Notes: a model not told the origin generated them from the letters alone. 64,000 nucleotides of DNA from Isurus oxyrinchus (GCA_026770705.1 JANJGN010000021.1:99634001-99698000), one strand, 5' to 3'; shown: positions 1-12,198, counted from the stretch's first letter. A program made the numbers and translations.

Positions 1-689
1 AGCCCTCCATCACCAAGTATACGGTCTACATGATACAGTGCCAATATGGCCAGCAGCTCATCTTGGGGCCAAATAGGTCACTGAGGTTGTGCAATAGGAA
101 ATTGAGGTCCTAGAGGGACGATTCTTTATATTTCAGTCACCATTCATTACCCACCCAACATCCTCTGTCGCGTGAGGCTGTTGACGTATTGCTGGTAGAG
201 GCTCTTGCGGAGGTATACAGCATCGTAGATTGTGAAGATGCTGTATAGGTATCTCTGCTGTCCAATACTGAGGTCCTGGAGGAGACACATCAACTTAATC
301 TGAGTGATCAATCAATGCGGTTGACGCTTAACTACTCTCAAGGGCAATTAGCGATGGGCAACAAATGCTGGCACTGTCTGCAAGGCCCACATCCCATGGA
401 AGAATAAAGAGTAAGATTCACCTGCCACAGAGGGAAAGCCTTGGAGGGATTTCTAAAGACTCGCTCAGCACTAAGTCAAGGACTGCGATCCCTGTGTCTT
501 GAGTTTAGGACCCATCATATCCCTCTCCCATCACTATGACCTTTTCTACAACCTCCGCAACTTCACCCCTATCCACCCCTGCCTTGGCCAATTGGCTGCT
601 GAAATGCTCAGTGCGTTTCCAACACCTGCAAAATCCATGGGAACGAGGGGGGTTCCAGTCACAGGATTGGGGGGGGATCGACTGTTTCC

Positions 690-1985
690 GACTTAGATGA
701 GGAGGAAATTTCTTTGCCCAGAGATTGTGAATCTTTGGGATTCTCTACCCCCAGCAAGCTGTGGATGCTCAATCAGTGAGAATGTTCAAGACTGGTATTG
801 ATAGATTTTTGCACACTGAGGCACTGAAGCAATATTGGAACCGGGGTGGGAAAGTGGAATTGAAGGAGATGATCAGCCACAATGTTATTGAGAATGGCGG
901 AGCAGGCTCTCGGGGCCTAATGTCGTCCTCCTGTTTTTAACTCCTCTTACAAAGTCAACAATGGAAGAAACAAAGAACTCGATGGGCTGAATGGCCTCCT
1001 TCTGTGCTGCAGCAACACTATGACTCACCTTCAGGAGTGAACCTTCCAGCATTGATTGAGGAATCTTAACTCTTTTCATCATTCTGTCGAGGCCAGCGGG
1101 GATTGGACAGCAAGCGTTGCCCATTTGACCTCTTCTCCCACCAGGCGATGGAGAATGATTCTCGATTGGCTGGGATGGACAGAAATGTGAGAGAGAGCAG
1201 GAGTATACTGTGGGGGAAAATGTGAACTTGTCCACTTTGGCAGGAAGAATAGAAAACCACCATATTATTTGAATACAGAGAGATCGTAGAACCCTGTGTT
1301 ACAGAGGGGTCTGGATATCCTGGTACAAGTGATTAGGAAGGCAAATTGAATATCATCATTTATTGCAAGAAGAATGGAGTATAGAAGTAGGGAAGTTTTG
1401 CTACAGTTGTATAGGGTGTTGGTAAGACCACTTCTGATGTGCTGTGTATAATTTTGGTCTCCTTACTTATAAAAAAAACTGCATTGGAAGCATTTCAGAG
1501 GAGATTAACTCAGCTGATTCCAGGGATTAAGGGGTTTTATGAAGAAAGATTTTGCAGGTTGGTCCTGCATCTATTGGAGTTTAGAAGAACGAGAGGTGAT
1601 TTTATTGAAAGATATTGGAACCTGAGGGGACTTGACAGGGTGGATGCTGAGAGGATGTTTCCCCTGGTGGGAGAGACTAGAACTAGGGACACAGTTTAAA
1701 AATAAGGAGCCTTCCATTTCAGATGAGGAGGAATTTCTTCTCTCGGTGGTCTTTAATCTTTGGCATTCTCTCCACTGACAGCGGTGGGAGCTGGGTCATT
1801 GAATATATTCAGGGCTGAGTTCGATAGATTTTTAATTGACAAGGGAGTTAAGGGTTAGGGGGAAGCAGACAGGAAACTAGGGTTGAAGCCACAGTCAGAT
1901 AAACCATGTTCTTATCAAATGGTGGAGCAAGCTCGAGGTGCCAAATAGCTTAATCCTGCTCCCAATTCACATGTTCGTATGTTTG
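690..1985 (+). mobile_element. CR1-type LINE 3' fragments (degenerate)
   Basis: ORF 1439-1699 (ALEAFQRRLTQLIPG...LEFRRTRGD) and the typical CR1 3' region. At least two fragments; boundaries approximate. Confidence 0.75.
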
Positions 1986-2489
1986 GCGTAAGGATTGTTC
2001 CCGGCCTCCATTTGATGGTTCAGTAATGGACAACAGCAACACTTGCATTTATATAGCACCTTTGCACTCATCGAGACTCGACAGTTCCAACATTCTCCTG
2101 GCTGGTCTTGCATCATCTGTCCTCTGGAAACTTTAGCTCTTCCGGAACTCTGCTGCCCTTTATCTGAACTCTCTAAATCCCAATCACCCATCATTTCCTG
2201 TACTACACCAGCTCTCAGTCTGGTAATGGCTTGATTTTACAATTCACATCCTTTTCTTCGAATCCCTGCATGTCGTCATTGACAGCCCCTATCTCTGTAA
2301 CCTCCTCCCTACACCTCTCCCTATCTCTGTAATCTTCAGCCCCTACACCCCTCCCTATCTCTGTAACCTCCCTACACCTCTCCCTATCTCTATAACCTCC
2401 TCCAGCTCTTACACCCCTCCCTATGTCTGTAATACCTTCCATCCCCTGCACCTCATCATCTCTGTAATCTGTGATAACGCAGCACTTCT

Positions 2490-3125
2490 TAGAACTGTTC
2501 CTCTGACAGTGCAGTACTCCCTCAGTACTGCCCCTCTCACAGTGCAGCACTCCCTCAGTATTGACCCTCTGACAGTGCAGCACTCCCTCAATGCTGTCCC
2601 TCTGACTGTGCAGCACTCCATCATTACTGACTCTCTGACAGTGCAGCACTCCCTCAATGCTGTCCCTCTGTGCAGCACTCCCTCAGTGCTGTTCTTCTGA
2701 CTGTGCAGCACTCCATCTGTACTGCCCCTCTGGCAGTGCAGACCTCCCTCAGTACTGCCCCTCTGACAGCGCAGACCTCCCTCAGTACTGCCCCTCTGAC
2801 AGTGCAGATCTCCCTCAGTACTGCCCCTCTTGACAGTGCAGACCTCCCTCAGTACTGACCCTTTTGACAGTGCAGCACTCCCTCAGTACTGACTCTCTGA
2901 CTGTGCAGCACTCACTCAGTGCTGTCCCTCTGACTGTGCAGCACTCCATCAGTGCTGTCCCTCTGACTGTGCAGCACTCCATCTGTACTGCCCCTCTGAC
3001 AGTGCAGACCTCCCTCAGTACTGCCCCTCTGACAGCGCAGACCTTCCTCAGTACTGCCCCTTTGACAGTGCAGACCTCCCTCAGTCCTGACCCTTTGACA
3101 GTGCAGCAGTCTCTCAGTATTGTCA
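2490..3125. repeat. 33-bp minisatellite (GACAGTGCAGCACTCCCTCAGTACTGCCCCTCT)
   Basis: About 19 tandem copies read directly. They explain the repetitive ORFs in all frames. Related units lie in the opposite orientation at about 27900-28165 and 59950-60235. Confidence 0.9.
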
Positions 3126-3438
3126 CTCACAGTTTCTCTGATTGCAGCCTCCTCAGTCTCAGTCACTGAGCAAGGAGTGTAAACAAATCAGGCGCTGGGC
3201 AACGGGAAGCCTGATTGGGTGGAGTCACTGTGAGGACAATGAGCTGGAATTGCAAGAAGTTTCTCAATCTCTACAAGGTAGACAGGGTTAGAACAGGGAG
3301 AGAACTGATCAGAATCCTTCACATTTCAGTCACTGCTAATAATCTCGATTGGCCAATGCGAGAGAGAAAGGGAGCGAGAGAGACAGAAACAGGCAGTGGC
3401 AGACAGGTGGAGTCAGAGATAGAGACAGGAAGCGAGAG

Positions 3439-4981
3439 TGTCACCCATAAGTAGTTGTGATATAGATTTTGTAAATAAAGCCCCTTTTCAAAAGGACAGA
3501 AGAAGCCTTGAAGATGGTTGCCAAAAGTCACCTGACCTTTTCCACTGCAACGTGGCTAAGCTTTCAGAATGTTCCAAGTGGGTTGCAGGTAGGCATATCC
3601 AGACATGCGGAGACCGAAACTCAATGTGGCTTCCTTGGAGCTGTGAATAGTTCTTCCTTATCTCCTCAAACTTGGGAGAAGGGGAAACCATTGAAGTTAA
3701 TGGCTGAGACCTTTAAAAGGCCACTGTGCCTCGACCCTGCCCACACAAGATGGCTGCACAAGATGGCTGCCGATAGCAGAAATAGAAACGCAATGACGTC
3801 ACTCCACTGCACCCTGAGGTGTTGTTGCCCATAGTAGAAATTCATTCTTTCACCTCATTCATCACGTTAAAATGAAACTGTGCTAGTTTGCTTTCTATGA
3901 ACAGTTCCACGGATCAAGGTGCAGCACCAGTTAAAGCTACAGTCTATTTTTTGTTGCTTCACACAAGTTGTAAATTTCTGGCTAACGTAACTCAACATCT
4001 GCACAAATGTTTCAGTCTCTCTAAATTTAATCTTTTTTCGCAATTTTTTTTTACTGACTCTAAGGAAAAGATGGCAGTCCGATACTGGTTTTTGTCCCCT
4101 TTTAAGGAATTTTCTTCCACTATTACAAATCCTTCTAAACCTGTAAGGTTACCCCGCTGGCGTAACAGAGTAAAACACTACAACTGCGCATGCAAGGTTT
4201 TGGTGATGAACTCAGCCTTAAATGGTTAATTACCTTGTCTAAAATGACAATGGATGGGACTATGCCTCCCCAGACTAACTCGATATCTAATATGGAAGCA
4301 TGATTTGATAGTTTGGGGTAGCAGCTATTTTAAGTTTTTGAACTGTATAGAGTCTGGCTATGAACAACCATTTTGTTTGCAGAACCACCTTCTATAGCGT
4401 GAGAGAAACACCTTGAAACAGAACCTGCTTCTCAACCGGGAGAGACCAAGGAAGGCTCCCAGAAACAGCTATCAGACTGCTGTACTAAATCAGGCTATCA
4501 GGGACCACCACCTGCAGTACAGCAAAAGTGGAAACAGGAGCCTTCATCTCACTTCCAGGACCCATTCTGCTGGTTGAGTCCACCCGCAAAGGCAGCTCCA
4601 ACTCTTCAACTGCAGAAGCCATCACAGCCGCTAAACCGAACCTCAAGTTTAAACACCTTCACTTCAGAAAGGCCCGCAACGATATCTCGCAAAGACTGAT
4701 TTTAAATCTCATCTTTAAGTATCTTTTTTATCTTTACCTGCATTTTAATCTTTGTATCCATTTTATTTAATAACTTTATCACTTTTACTCAAATAACTTT
4801 CAGCAGTAATTTTGTAATAAACTAACCTTTTTGTCTTGTTTAAGAATAAAGCTTGTCTGCTGGGTTATTTTTAAATTGAGCTACTCCCACATTAAAAGGG
4901 GCCTACACACACACACATAAACACACACAAATTCTTAATCACAGACCACTTTAAGGAAATGCTTTTTACATGGTCATGTCA
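3439..4981 (+). mobile_element. LTR-like insertion (probable solo LTR, possibly nested)
   Basis: Starts TGTCAC, ends ...GGTCATGTCA, flanked by GAGAG/GAGAA. It splits a GA-rich tract (3360-3438 continues at 4982-5290). AATAAA motifs near 4816 and 4845. Confidence 0.45.
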
Positions 4982-5294
4982 GAGAAAGACAAAGATGGGC
5001 GGTCAGAGAGACGGAGTGAGAGAGAGACAGAGAGAGGCATCGAAGAGACAGAGTGAAAGACAGGGAGACAGAGACAGGGAGTGAAGAGATGGAGTAAAGA
5101 GAGAGAGAAACAGGTAGCAAAGAGACAGGGAGCCAGAGAAAGGCAGTGAAGAGACTGAGGAGTGAGAGAGAAAGAGACAGAGTGAGAGAGACAGAGACTG
5201 GCAGTGCAGAGAGAGTGAGAGACAGAGACAAGCAGTGAAGAGTTGGAGTGAGGGAGAGAGAGACAGAGGTAGGGGGTGAAGAGATAGGGGCTGT

Positions 5295-6810
5295 GCCTGC
5301 CAGTCTATCAGGTTGGAAGCTGTGGAAGGAAGATCCCCAGAGGAGATGAGGTCAGTAACAGTCCTGGAAACAATGGCTTGATGTTCAGTGGTGGGGGTCA
5401 TGGTCCAGGGAGAGGTAGGAGGAAGTGTCTGCAAGTTGACGCTCAGCCTCCGCGAGGTAGAGGTCAGTGCACCAGACAACAACAGCACCACCCTTGTCAG
5501 CGGGTTTGATGATGATGTCAGGGTTGGACCTGAGAGAATGGAGTGCAGTAAGTTCAGCGAGAGAGAGATTAGAATAGGTGAGAGGAGCAGAGAAATTGAG
5601 ATGACTAATGTCATGCCGACAGTTCTCAATGAAAAGATCAAGAGAAGGTAAGAATCCAGAGGGAGGGGTCCAGGTGGAGGGAGAATATTAGAGGTGGGTG
5701 AAAGGATCCGTTGAACGGGGAGAGGACTCCTGCCCAAAGAAGAGAGCACGGAGACGAAGGCAGCGGAAGAAGAGTTCAGCATCATGCCGAGCCCAAAATT
5801 CATTGAGATGAGGGCATAAGGGTATGAAACTGAGTCCTTTGCTGAGCACTGAATGTTCAGCATCGGAGAGGGGAAGGTCAGGGAGTATGGTGAATACACG
5901 GCCGGGGCTGGGATTGGAAGATGGGATGGGGACAGAGGGACAGGCAGGGGTGGAGTGTCCTGGATGGGTGTTGGTGTTGATGAGTTGTTGGAGCTTGCGT
6001 TCCTTTGCACCTGAAAGAAAGAGACAAAGTTTCTTGTTGAGGCGTCGGATGAGACTAAGAATAAAATGAAACTTTGAAAAAGGGTACGGTGGTGCTGCTG
6101 GTGGGAGAGATCAAGTGTGTTCTTATGGCGGCGCATGGCACTGAGTGTGGATCTCAGAATGTGACGGGAACAGCAGTCCGAGGAGCATTGTATGTACCGG
6201 AGATACCTGTAATCCTGGGTGGGTTTGAAACATGAGGGGTGGAATTTCAGTTGAAATCCACGTGGGGTAAGTTGGAGACAGATAGTCACTGAGAAAGGAG
6301 ATATGGCTGTGGAAGCGGGTTTTAGTAAACACCTTGTCAAACACCTGGAGAGAAATGGAAAGCAATGAAGGTGAACAAGACAAAAGAGAGATACGAAAAT
6401 CCTGACAGAGAGAAGAACAATACTTCTTCAAGGTAGGCATTCCTTGAAGAGAAGTGGCAGTCAATTAAACACTAAGATAAAAGCAAAAAACTGCAGATGC
6501 TGGAAATTCAAAACAAAAACAAAAATACCTGGAAAAACTCAGCAGGTCTGGCAGCATCTGCAGAGAGGAGCACAGTTAACGTTTCGAGTCCACATGACTC
6601 TTCAACAGAACTAAGGAAAAATAGAAAAGGGGTGAAATATAAGCTAGTTTAAGGGGGCGGGGGGACAAGGAGAGCTGAATAGAGGGTCATGATAGGTGGA
6701 GATAACCAAAAAATATCACATACAAAAGGACAAAGAGGAGTTGAAGGTGGTGATATTATCTAAGGAATGTGCTAATTAAGGGTAGAAAGCAGGACAAGCA
6801 AGGTACAGAT
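5295..6810 (-). mobile_element. Penelope-like retroelement fragment (RT N-terminal region plus pseudo-LTR)
   Basis: Minus-strand translation near 5300-5560 gives LRSNPDIIIKPADKGGAVVVWRTDLYLAEAERQLADTSSY...PTTEHQAIVS (PLE KPADKG motif). The pseudo-LTR at about 6470-6810 carries a hammerhead. Confidence 0.8.
6574..6612 (-). ncRNA. minimal type I hammerhead ribozyme (Penelope pLTR), one core variant
   Basis: Minus strand reads AGTT-CTGTTGA-A-GAGTC atgtg GACTC-GAAA-CGTTA-ACT. Helix II is perfect and helix III palindromic, but the core is CUGUUGA instead of CUGANGA. Confidence 0.6.
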
Positions 6811-6829
6811 AGATAGCCTGAGTCATTTA

Positions 6830-7395
6830 TCCTGACTCACTGCTTTCTGTTGGATAGCCAATCCTCTATTCAAGATAATATATTACCCCTAACTCTGTGT
6901 GATCTTATCTTGTGTATTAATCTTTTGTGCGGCACCTTATCAAAGGTCTTCTGGAAGTCCAGATATACTACATCTACAGGATCCCCATTATCTACTTTGC
7001 TTGTCACATCTTCAAAGAACTCTAGCAAATTAGTCAAACATGATTTACTCTTCATAAAACCATGCTGACTCTGATGGATTGCATTATGACTTTCTAAATG
7101 CCCCATTACTACTTCCTGAATAACGGATTCCAACAATTTCCCAACAACAGATGTTAAACTAACTAGTCTATAGCTTCCTACTTTCTGCCTCCCCCTCTTT
7201 TTGACTAAGGGCGTTATATTAGCATTTTTCCAATCAATAGAACCTTTCCAGAATCCAGAGAATTTTGGAATATTATAGCCAATGCATCCACTATCTCTGC
7301 TGCCTCTGCCTTTAAGACCCTGGGATGTAGGCCATCAGGTCCTGGGGACTTGTCACCCTTTAATCCCAATAGTTTGCTCAGTACATTTTCTCTAG
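6830..7395 (-). mobile_element. CR1-type LINE RT fragment
   Basis: ORFs 6870-7136 (SQHGFMKSKSCLTNLLEFF...VYLDFQKTFDKVPH) and 7214-7420 (KSPGPDGLHPRVLK). Confidence 0.9.
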
Positions 7396-7739
7396 GATGG
7401 TTCCAGGGATGAGACTTCAATTACTCTGATAGACTGGGGATGTTTTGCTGGAAGAAGAGAAGGTTGAGAGGGGATTTGATAGGAGTTTTAAAGTCATGGG
7501 GGAGCTGAACAGAGTGCGTAGGAAGAAACTGTTCCTGTTGGTGGGAGGGTTGAGAACCAAAGGGCACAGATTTAAAGTGATTGGAGAAATAATCAAGAGC
7601 TGGACACTGGGGTATTAACCCTCGGTTCAGCAAGGGATCAGGGAATGAGGTCACAGGCTGTGGGTTAACTGTGGGGGTTTGGTGGAGAAAATCGGGTGGG
7701 GTGGATGTTTCCCCCCTCTGTTCAGTTGGGGATTTGTAA

Positions 7740-7970
7740 TTGGTGTTTTGTGGTTCATGTCCTGATGTCTCTCTCTCTCTCTGTGTTTAGTGTTTTGTGG
7801 TTCATGTCCTGATGTCTCTCTCTCTCTCTCTGTGTTTGGTGTTTTGGGATTCATATCCTGATGTCTCTCTCTGTATGTTGTTAGGTATTTTGGAGTTCAT
7901 GCCCTGGTTCCTTTGTGTGTGGGTGTTGGTGTTTTGGGTTTCATGCATTAACGTCTGTCTCTGTTTTGTT
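7740..7970 (+). repeat. tandem copies of the alpha1 splice-acceptor tract
   Basis: Repeated GGTGTTTTGTGGTTCATGTCCTGATGTCTCTCTCTC...TGTGTTT units match the tract before the alpha1 exon (10170-10263 and 50490-50544). Confidence 0.6.
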
Positions 7971-8214
7971 TTATTCTTTCATGGGATGAAGACATTGCTG
8001 GCAAGGCAAACATTTATTGCCCATCCCTAGTTGCCCTTGAGAAGGTGGTGGTGAGCTGCCTTCTTGAACTGTTGCAGTCCATGTGGTGTAGATACACCCA
8101 CAGTGCTGTTAGGGAGGGAGTTCCAGGATTTTGACCCAGCGACAGTGAAGGAACGACAATATATTTCCAAGTAACTAGTAGGGTAGACAAAGGGGAATTA
8201 GTAGATCACCAAGT

Positions 8215-8970
8215 TACAGAATCTTTACAGTGCCATTCGGCCCATCGAGTCTGCATTGGCTCTCTGAAAGAGCATTCCACCTAGTCCCACTCTCCTGCCT
8301 TATCCCCGTAACTTTGCACATTCCCTCTTTTCAGGTAGCAATCCAATTCCCTTTTGAATACCTTGATCAAACCTGCCTCCACTGACCTCTCAAGAAGTTT
8401 GTTCCAGGCTCCAAACACCCTCTGGGTGAAAAATATTTCCTCACATCACACTTACCTATTTTGCTAATTATTTTGAATCTGTGCCCCCTAGTTCTTGATG
8501 CTCCCTTGAGTGCAAACTGTTTCTCATTATTTACCCTGTCCATACCCCTCAGGATCTTGAATACCAATATATGGTCTCCTCTCAGCCTTCTTTTCTCCAA
8601 GGAAAACAGTCCCAACCTCTCCAATCTCTCCTCATAACTACAGCTCTTCATCCAGGAATTATTCTTGTGAATCTTCTCTGTATTCTCTCCAAAACCTTCA
8701 CATCCTTCCTCAAGTATGGCGCCCAGAACTGGACACAGTACTCCAAATGAGGCCTAACTAGTGTCTCATACAAGTTCAACATGACCTCCTTACTCTTGTA
8801 CTCAATGCCCCTATTAATAAAGCTTAGGATACTATATGCTGCTTTATTAACTTCTCTCTGAACATGCCCTGCTACCTTCAGTGACTTATGCACATGTACA
8901 CCAAGGTCCCTCTGTTCCTGCACCTCTTTAGAGGCTCTCCCTTTATTTTATGTTGTCTTTCCATATTCTA
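8215..8970 (-). mobile_element. CR1-type LINE 3' fragment
   Basis: ORFs 8648-8923 (LVRPHLEYCVQFWAPY) and 8367-8651 (LGLFSLEKRRLRGD). Confidence 0.9.
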
Positions 8971-8974
8971 ATAT

Positions 8975-10155
8975 GTAATATACTTGAATTTCCAAAAGGT
9001 GTTTGATAAGGTACCACACAAAAGATGATTACACAAAGGCTCATGGAGTTGGGGGTTTATTGGATGGATGATTGGTTAAAGGACAGCAAGCAGTAGGTAG
9101 GCATAAACAGGGCATTCTCAAGTTGGCAGGCTGTGAATAGTGGAGTGCCACAAGGACCAATGCTAGGGCTTCAACTATTTATAATCTATATTAATGACTT
9201 GGACGAAAAGACCAAGATTAAAGAATCTAAGTTTGCTGATAATACAAAGTTAGGTCTAACTGTAAGCTGTCACAAGGATACAAAGAGGCTGCAAAGGATA
9301 TAGGCTGGTTAGTGAGTGGGCAGGGAAACAAGGTAGCAGATGGAGTATAATGTGGGGGAAGTGTGAGGTTATTCACTTTGGTCATAAGAATAGAAAAGCA
9401 TAATATTTGTTTAAAAGATATGAAATATGTAAATGTTGATGTTCAGAGGGACTTGGTTATGCTTATACAGGGAAAGCAGAAAATTAGCACACAGGCACTG
9501 CAAGCAATTAGGAAGGCAAATGGCACATTGGCCTTTATTGCCAGGAAATTGGAATACAAGATTAAGGAAGTGTGCTGTAATTGTACAAGGCTTTGGTGAG
9601 CCTGCATCTGCAGCACAGTGTGCAGTTTTGATCTCTGTACTTAAGGAAGGATATACTTGCATTGGAGATAGTACAGCGAATGTTCACTAGATTGGTACCT
9701 TTGATGAGAGGATTGGCTTCTGATGAGAGGTTGAATAAATTGGACCTACTTTGTCTGAGTTTAGAAGAATAAGGGGTGCTTTCATTGAACGATACAAGAT
9801 TCTGGAGGGGTTTGACATGGTAGAAACGAGAAGGATGTTTCCCTTGGCTGGGGAACCCAGAACACAGAGTCACAGTCTCAGGATCAGGGACCAATCATTT
9901 AGGATTGAGATGATGGGAAACCTCTTCACTCAAAGGGTTGTGCAGCTTTGGAATTGTCTACACTAGAGGGTTGTGGATGCTCCCATATTTAAGGCTGAGG
10001 TAGACAGATTTTTTATATCTCAGAGAATCATGAGGTATAAGGAGTGGTGGAAAAGTGGAGTTAAAGCTGATGATCAGCAAGGATCATATCGAATGGTGGA
10101 GCTGGCTCGAAGGGGCCAAATGGTCTACTCCTGCACCTGTTTCTTATGTTCTTAT
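8975..10155 (+). mobile_element. CR1-type LINE RT/3' fragment
   Basis: Degenerate GVPQG/FADD-type RT motifs, ORFs 9363-9599 and 9751-9966, and a TTCTTATG tandem tail at 10141-10156. Confidence 0.85.
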
Positions 10156-10263
10156 GTCTCCCACTATGTGGGTGTTGATGTTTTGGGGTTCATGTCCTGA
10201 TATCTCTCTCTCTCTGACTTATTTTGGGGTTCATACCCTGATGTTTTTCTCTTTGTGTTTCAG

Positions 10264-10524
10264 GCTCTCACTCTCTCCAGTATTTCCTCACACAAATGAC
10301 TCCGATTCCTGGTTTCCCGCAGTTTGTGAGTGTCGGTTACGTGGATGAGGTCCAGTTTGTTGTGTATGACAGTGATCAGAAGAAGTTGATTCCACAGCAG
10401 CCATCAGTGTTGGAGAGTGAGGGACCTGAGCCTTGGGAGCGGAAGACGATGCTGGTGCAGGAGCAGGAGCATAATTTCAAAGTCTTTATGCCGGTCCTGA
10501 TGTCTTGGACCAACCTGTCAGGAG
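10264..10524 (+). pseudogene. MHC class I alpha1 exon (copy 1)
   Basis: GSHSLQYFLTQMTPIPGFPQFVSVGYVDEVQFVVYDSD...WERKT...TNLSG. 261 bp, donor GTGGGC. Confidence 0.9.
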
Positions 10525-10705
10525 GTGGGCCCTTGTTCTCCCAATGCTGGACTCTCCCTTCAGGTTGAGGATGCCTGGGATGTGGAGACACAGGGAATGG
10601 AGCAAGAGTTGGGAGCTAGAGGCTGTGATATGAATTGGTTATGGGTATGGTGGATTTGGCCGAGCCATGAGATTGGATCTGATTGACTGTTTTTCTGATC
10701 GACAG

Positions 10706-10970
10706 GAATTCACACATACCAGATGATGACCAGCTGTGACCTGAACGATGATGGGACCAGGAGTGAGGTCCACCAGAGCGGATGGGATGGGCGAGATTTT
10801 ATCAGCTTTGACCCGCAGCACATGGTGTGGGTGACCCCGGTCCAATGGGGAGAGAGCTTCAAAAACACCTGGAACCAGTACAAGGTCGACAAACAGCAAT
10901 TGAAACATCACCTGGAGGGGGAGTGTATTGAAGAAATACCTGGAGTATGGACAGAGAGAACTGAGAGTCG
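10706..10970 (+). pseudogene. MHC class I alpha2 exon (copy 1, frameshifted)
   Basis: GIHTYQMMTSCDL...GWDGRDFISFD...LEGECI, then the frame shifts and KKYLEYGQRELRV continues in another frame. Confidence 0.9.
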
Positions 10971-11250
10971 GTGAGTGAGGGGGGGACTGAGAGTCAGTGA
11001 GTGAGGGGGGGACTGAGAGTCGGTGAGTGAGGGGGGATTGAGAGTCAGTGAGTGAGGGGGGACTGAGAGTCAGTGTGTTAGGGGGGACTGAGAGTCAGTG
11101 TGTGAGGGGGGACAGAGTTGGTGAGTGAGGGAGTCTGAGGGTCAGTGAGTGAGGGGGTTTGAGGGTCGGTGAGTGAGGGGGTCTGAGGGTCGGTGAGTGA
11201 GGGGGTCTGAGGGTCGGTGAGTGAGGGGTGTGAGGGGTGGGAGTCGGTGA
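10961..11250 (+). repeat. about 24-bp G-rich minisatellite beginning at the alpha2 donor
   Basis: About 11 copies of CTGAGAGTCGGTGAGTGAGGGGGGA-type units. Confidence 0.9.
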
Positions 11251-11317
11251 ATGGGTTGCTGCCTGGGAGTCTCTATCTCGAGGTTCCTGTACTGACTCCT
11301 CTTTCTTTATCTCTCAG

Positions 11318-11581
11318 TTGCCCCCGTCGTGTCCTTTACCCATCTGGGTGATTCTAACCAGCTGTCCTGTGTCGTCACCGGGTTTTACCCTCAAGCTATC
11401 GAGGTGACTTTGTGGAGAGACAGAGTGTTGATCGATGAGACCCTGTCCACTGGGATCTTACCCAATCACGACAGGACCTACCAGATCCGGAAATGGATGG
11501 TGTTTGATTTGGAGGATCAGGCTGAGTATTCCTGTTGGGTGGAACACAGCGGGCTGGAGGAGGAGAAAGTGGTGATTTATG
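11318..11581 (+). pseudogene. MHC class I alpha3 (Ig C1-set) exon (copy 1)
   Basis: VAPVVSFTHLGDSNQLSCVVTGFYPQAIEVTLW...LPNHDRTYQ...YSCWVEHSGL. 264 bp, donor GTAAGA. Confidence 0.92.
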
Positions 11582-11974
11582 GTAAGACTGTTTCTCACGG
11601 CAAATGGGATGGTGTATAGGAAGGTGTATCCTGGGTTGTTACCATAGAATAGGACCTGTATATGACGGTGTATGGCACGGTGTGTAGGACAATGTATCGC
11701 GAGATATTATTGTAGAACAAGACCTGTATTTAACTGTGTATGGGATGGTGTATAGAACGGTGTATCCTGGTATATTACAGTACAACAGGACCTGTATATG
11801 ATAGTGTATGAGACGGACTATAGGATGGTGTATCCTGGTACATTACAGTACAACAGGATCTGTATATGACTGTGTATGGGACGGTGTATAGGACGTTGCA
11901 TCTTGAGATATTACAGTGTGGCAGGGCCTGATGTACCCTGGTATCATAGACCAGTCAGCTTAATGTCACCTTAA

Positions 11975-12198
11975 GGTAGGTCGTTTCGTGATTGGGTAAG
12001 ATCCCAGTGGACAGGGTCTCATCGATCAACATTCCGTCTCTCCGCAGAGTCACCTCAATAGCTTGAGGGTAAAACCCGGTGACGACACAGGACAGCCAGT
12101 TAGAATCACCCAGACGGGTAAAGAACACAACGGGTGCAACTGAGAGAGAAAGGAAGAGGAGTCAGTACAGGAACCTCGAGATAGAGAGTCCCAGGCAG
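11975..12198 (-). pseudogene. inverted partial alpha3 exon with its splice acceptor
   Basis: The reverse complement aligns to 11259-11482 and reads VAPVVFFTRLGDSNWLSCVVTGFYPQAIEVTLRRDGMLIDETLSTGILPNHETTY. Confidence 0.9.

Noticed and set aside
2215-3169. Cys/His-rich repeat proteins in several frames
   Set aside because: They arise from a 33-bp minisatellite that is open in multiple frames on both strands.
3239-3277. Leader exon for MHC copy 1 (MSWNCKKFLNLYK then GT)
   Set aside because: Not hydrophobic, and phase 0 whereas alpha1 needs phase 1.
5003-6340. 445-aa ORF as a host gene
   Set aside because: Mostly an off-frame reading of a Penelope element running into a CT microsatellite.
10971-11250. 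Rescue of the copy 1 frameshift by a downstream repeat donor
   Set aside because: The shifted frame hits TGA at 10972-10974 before any later donor.
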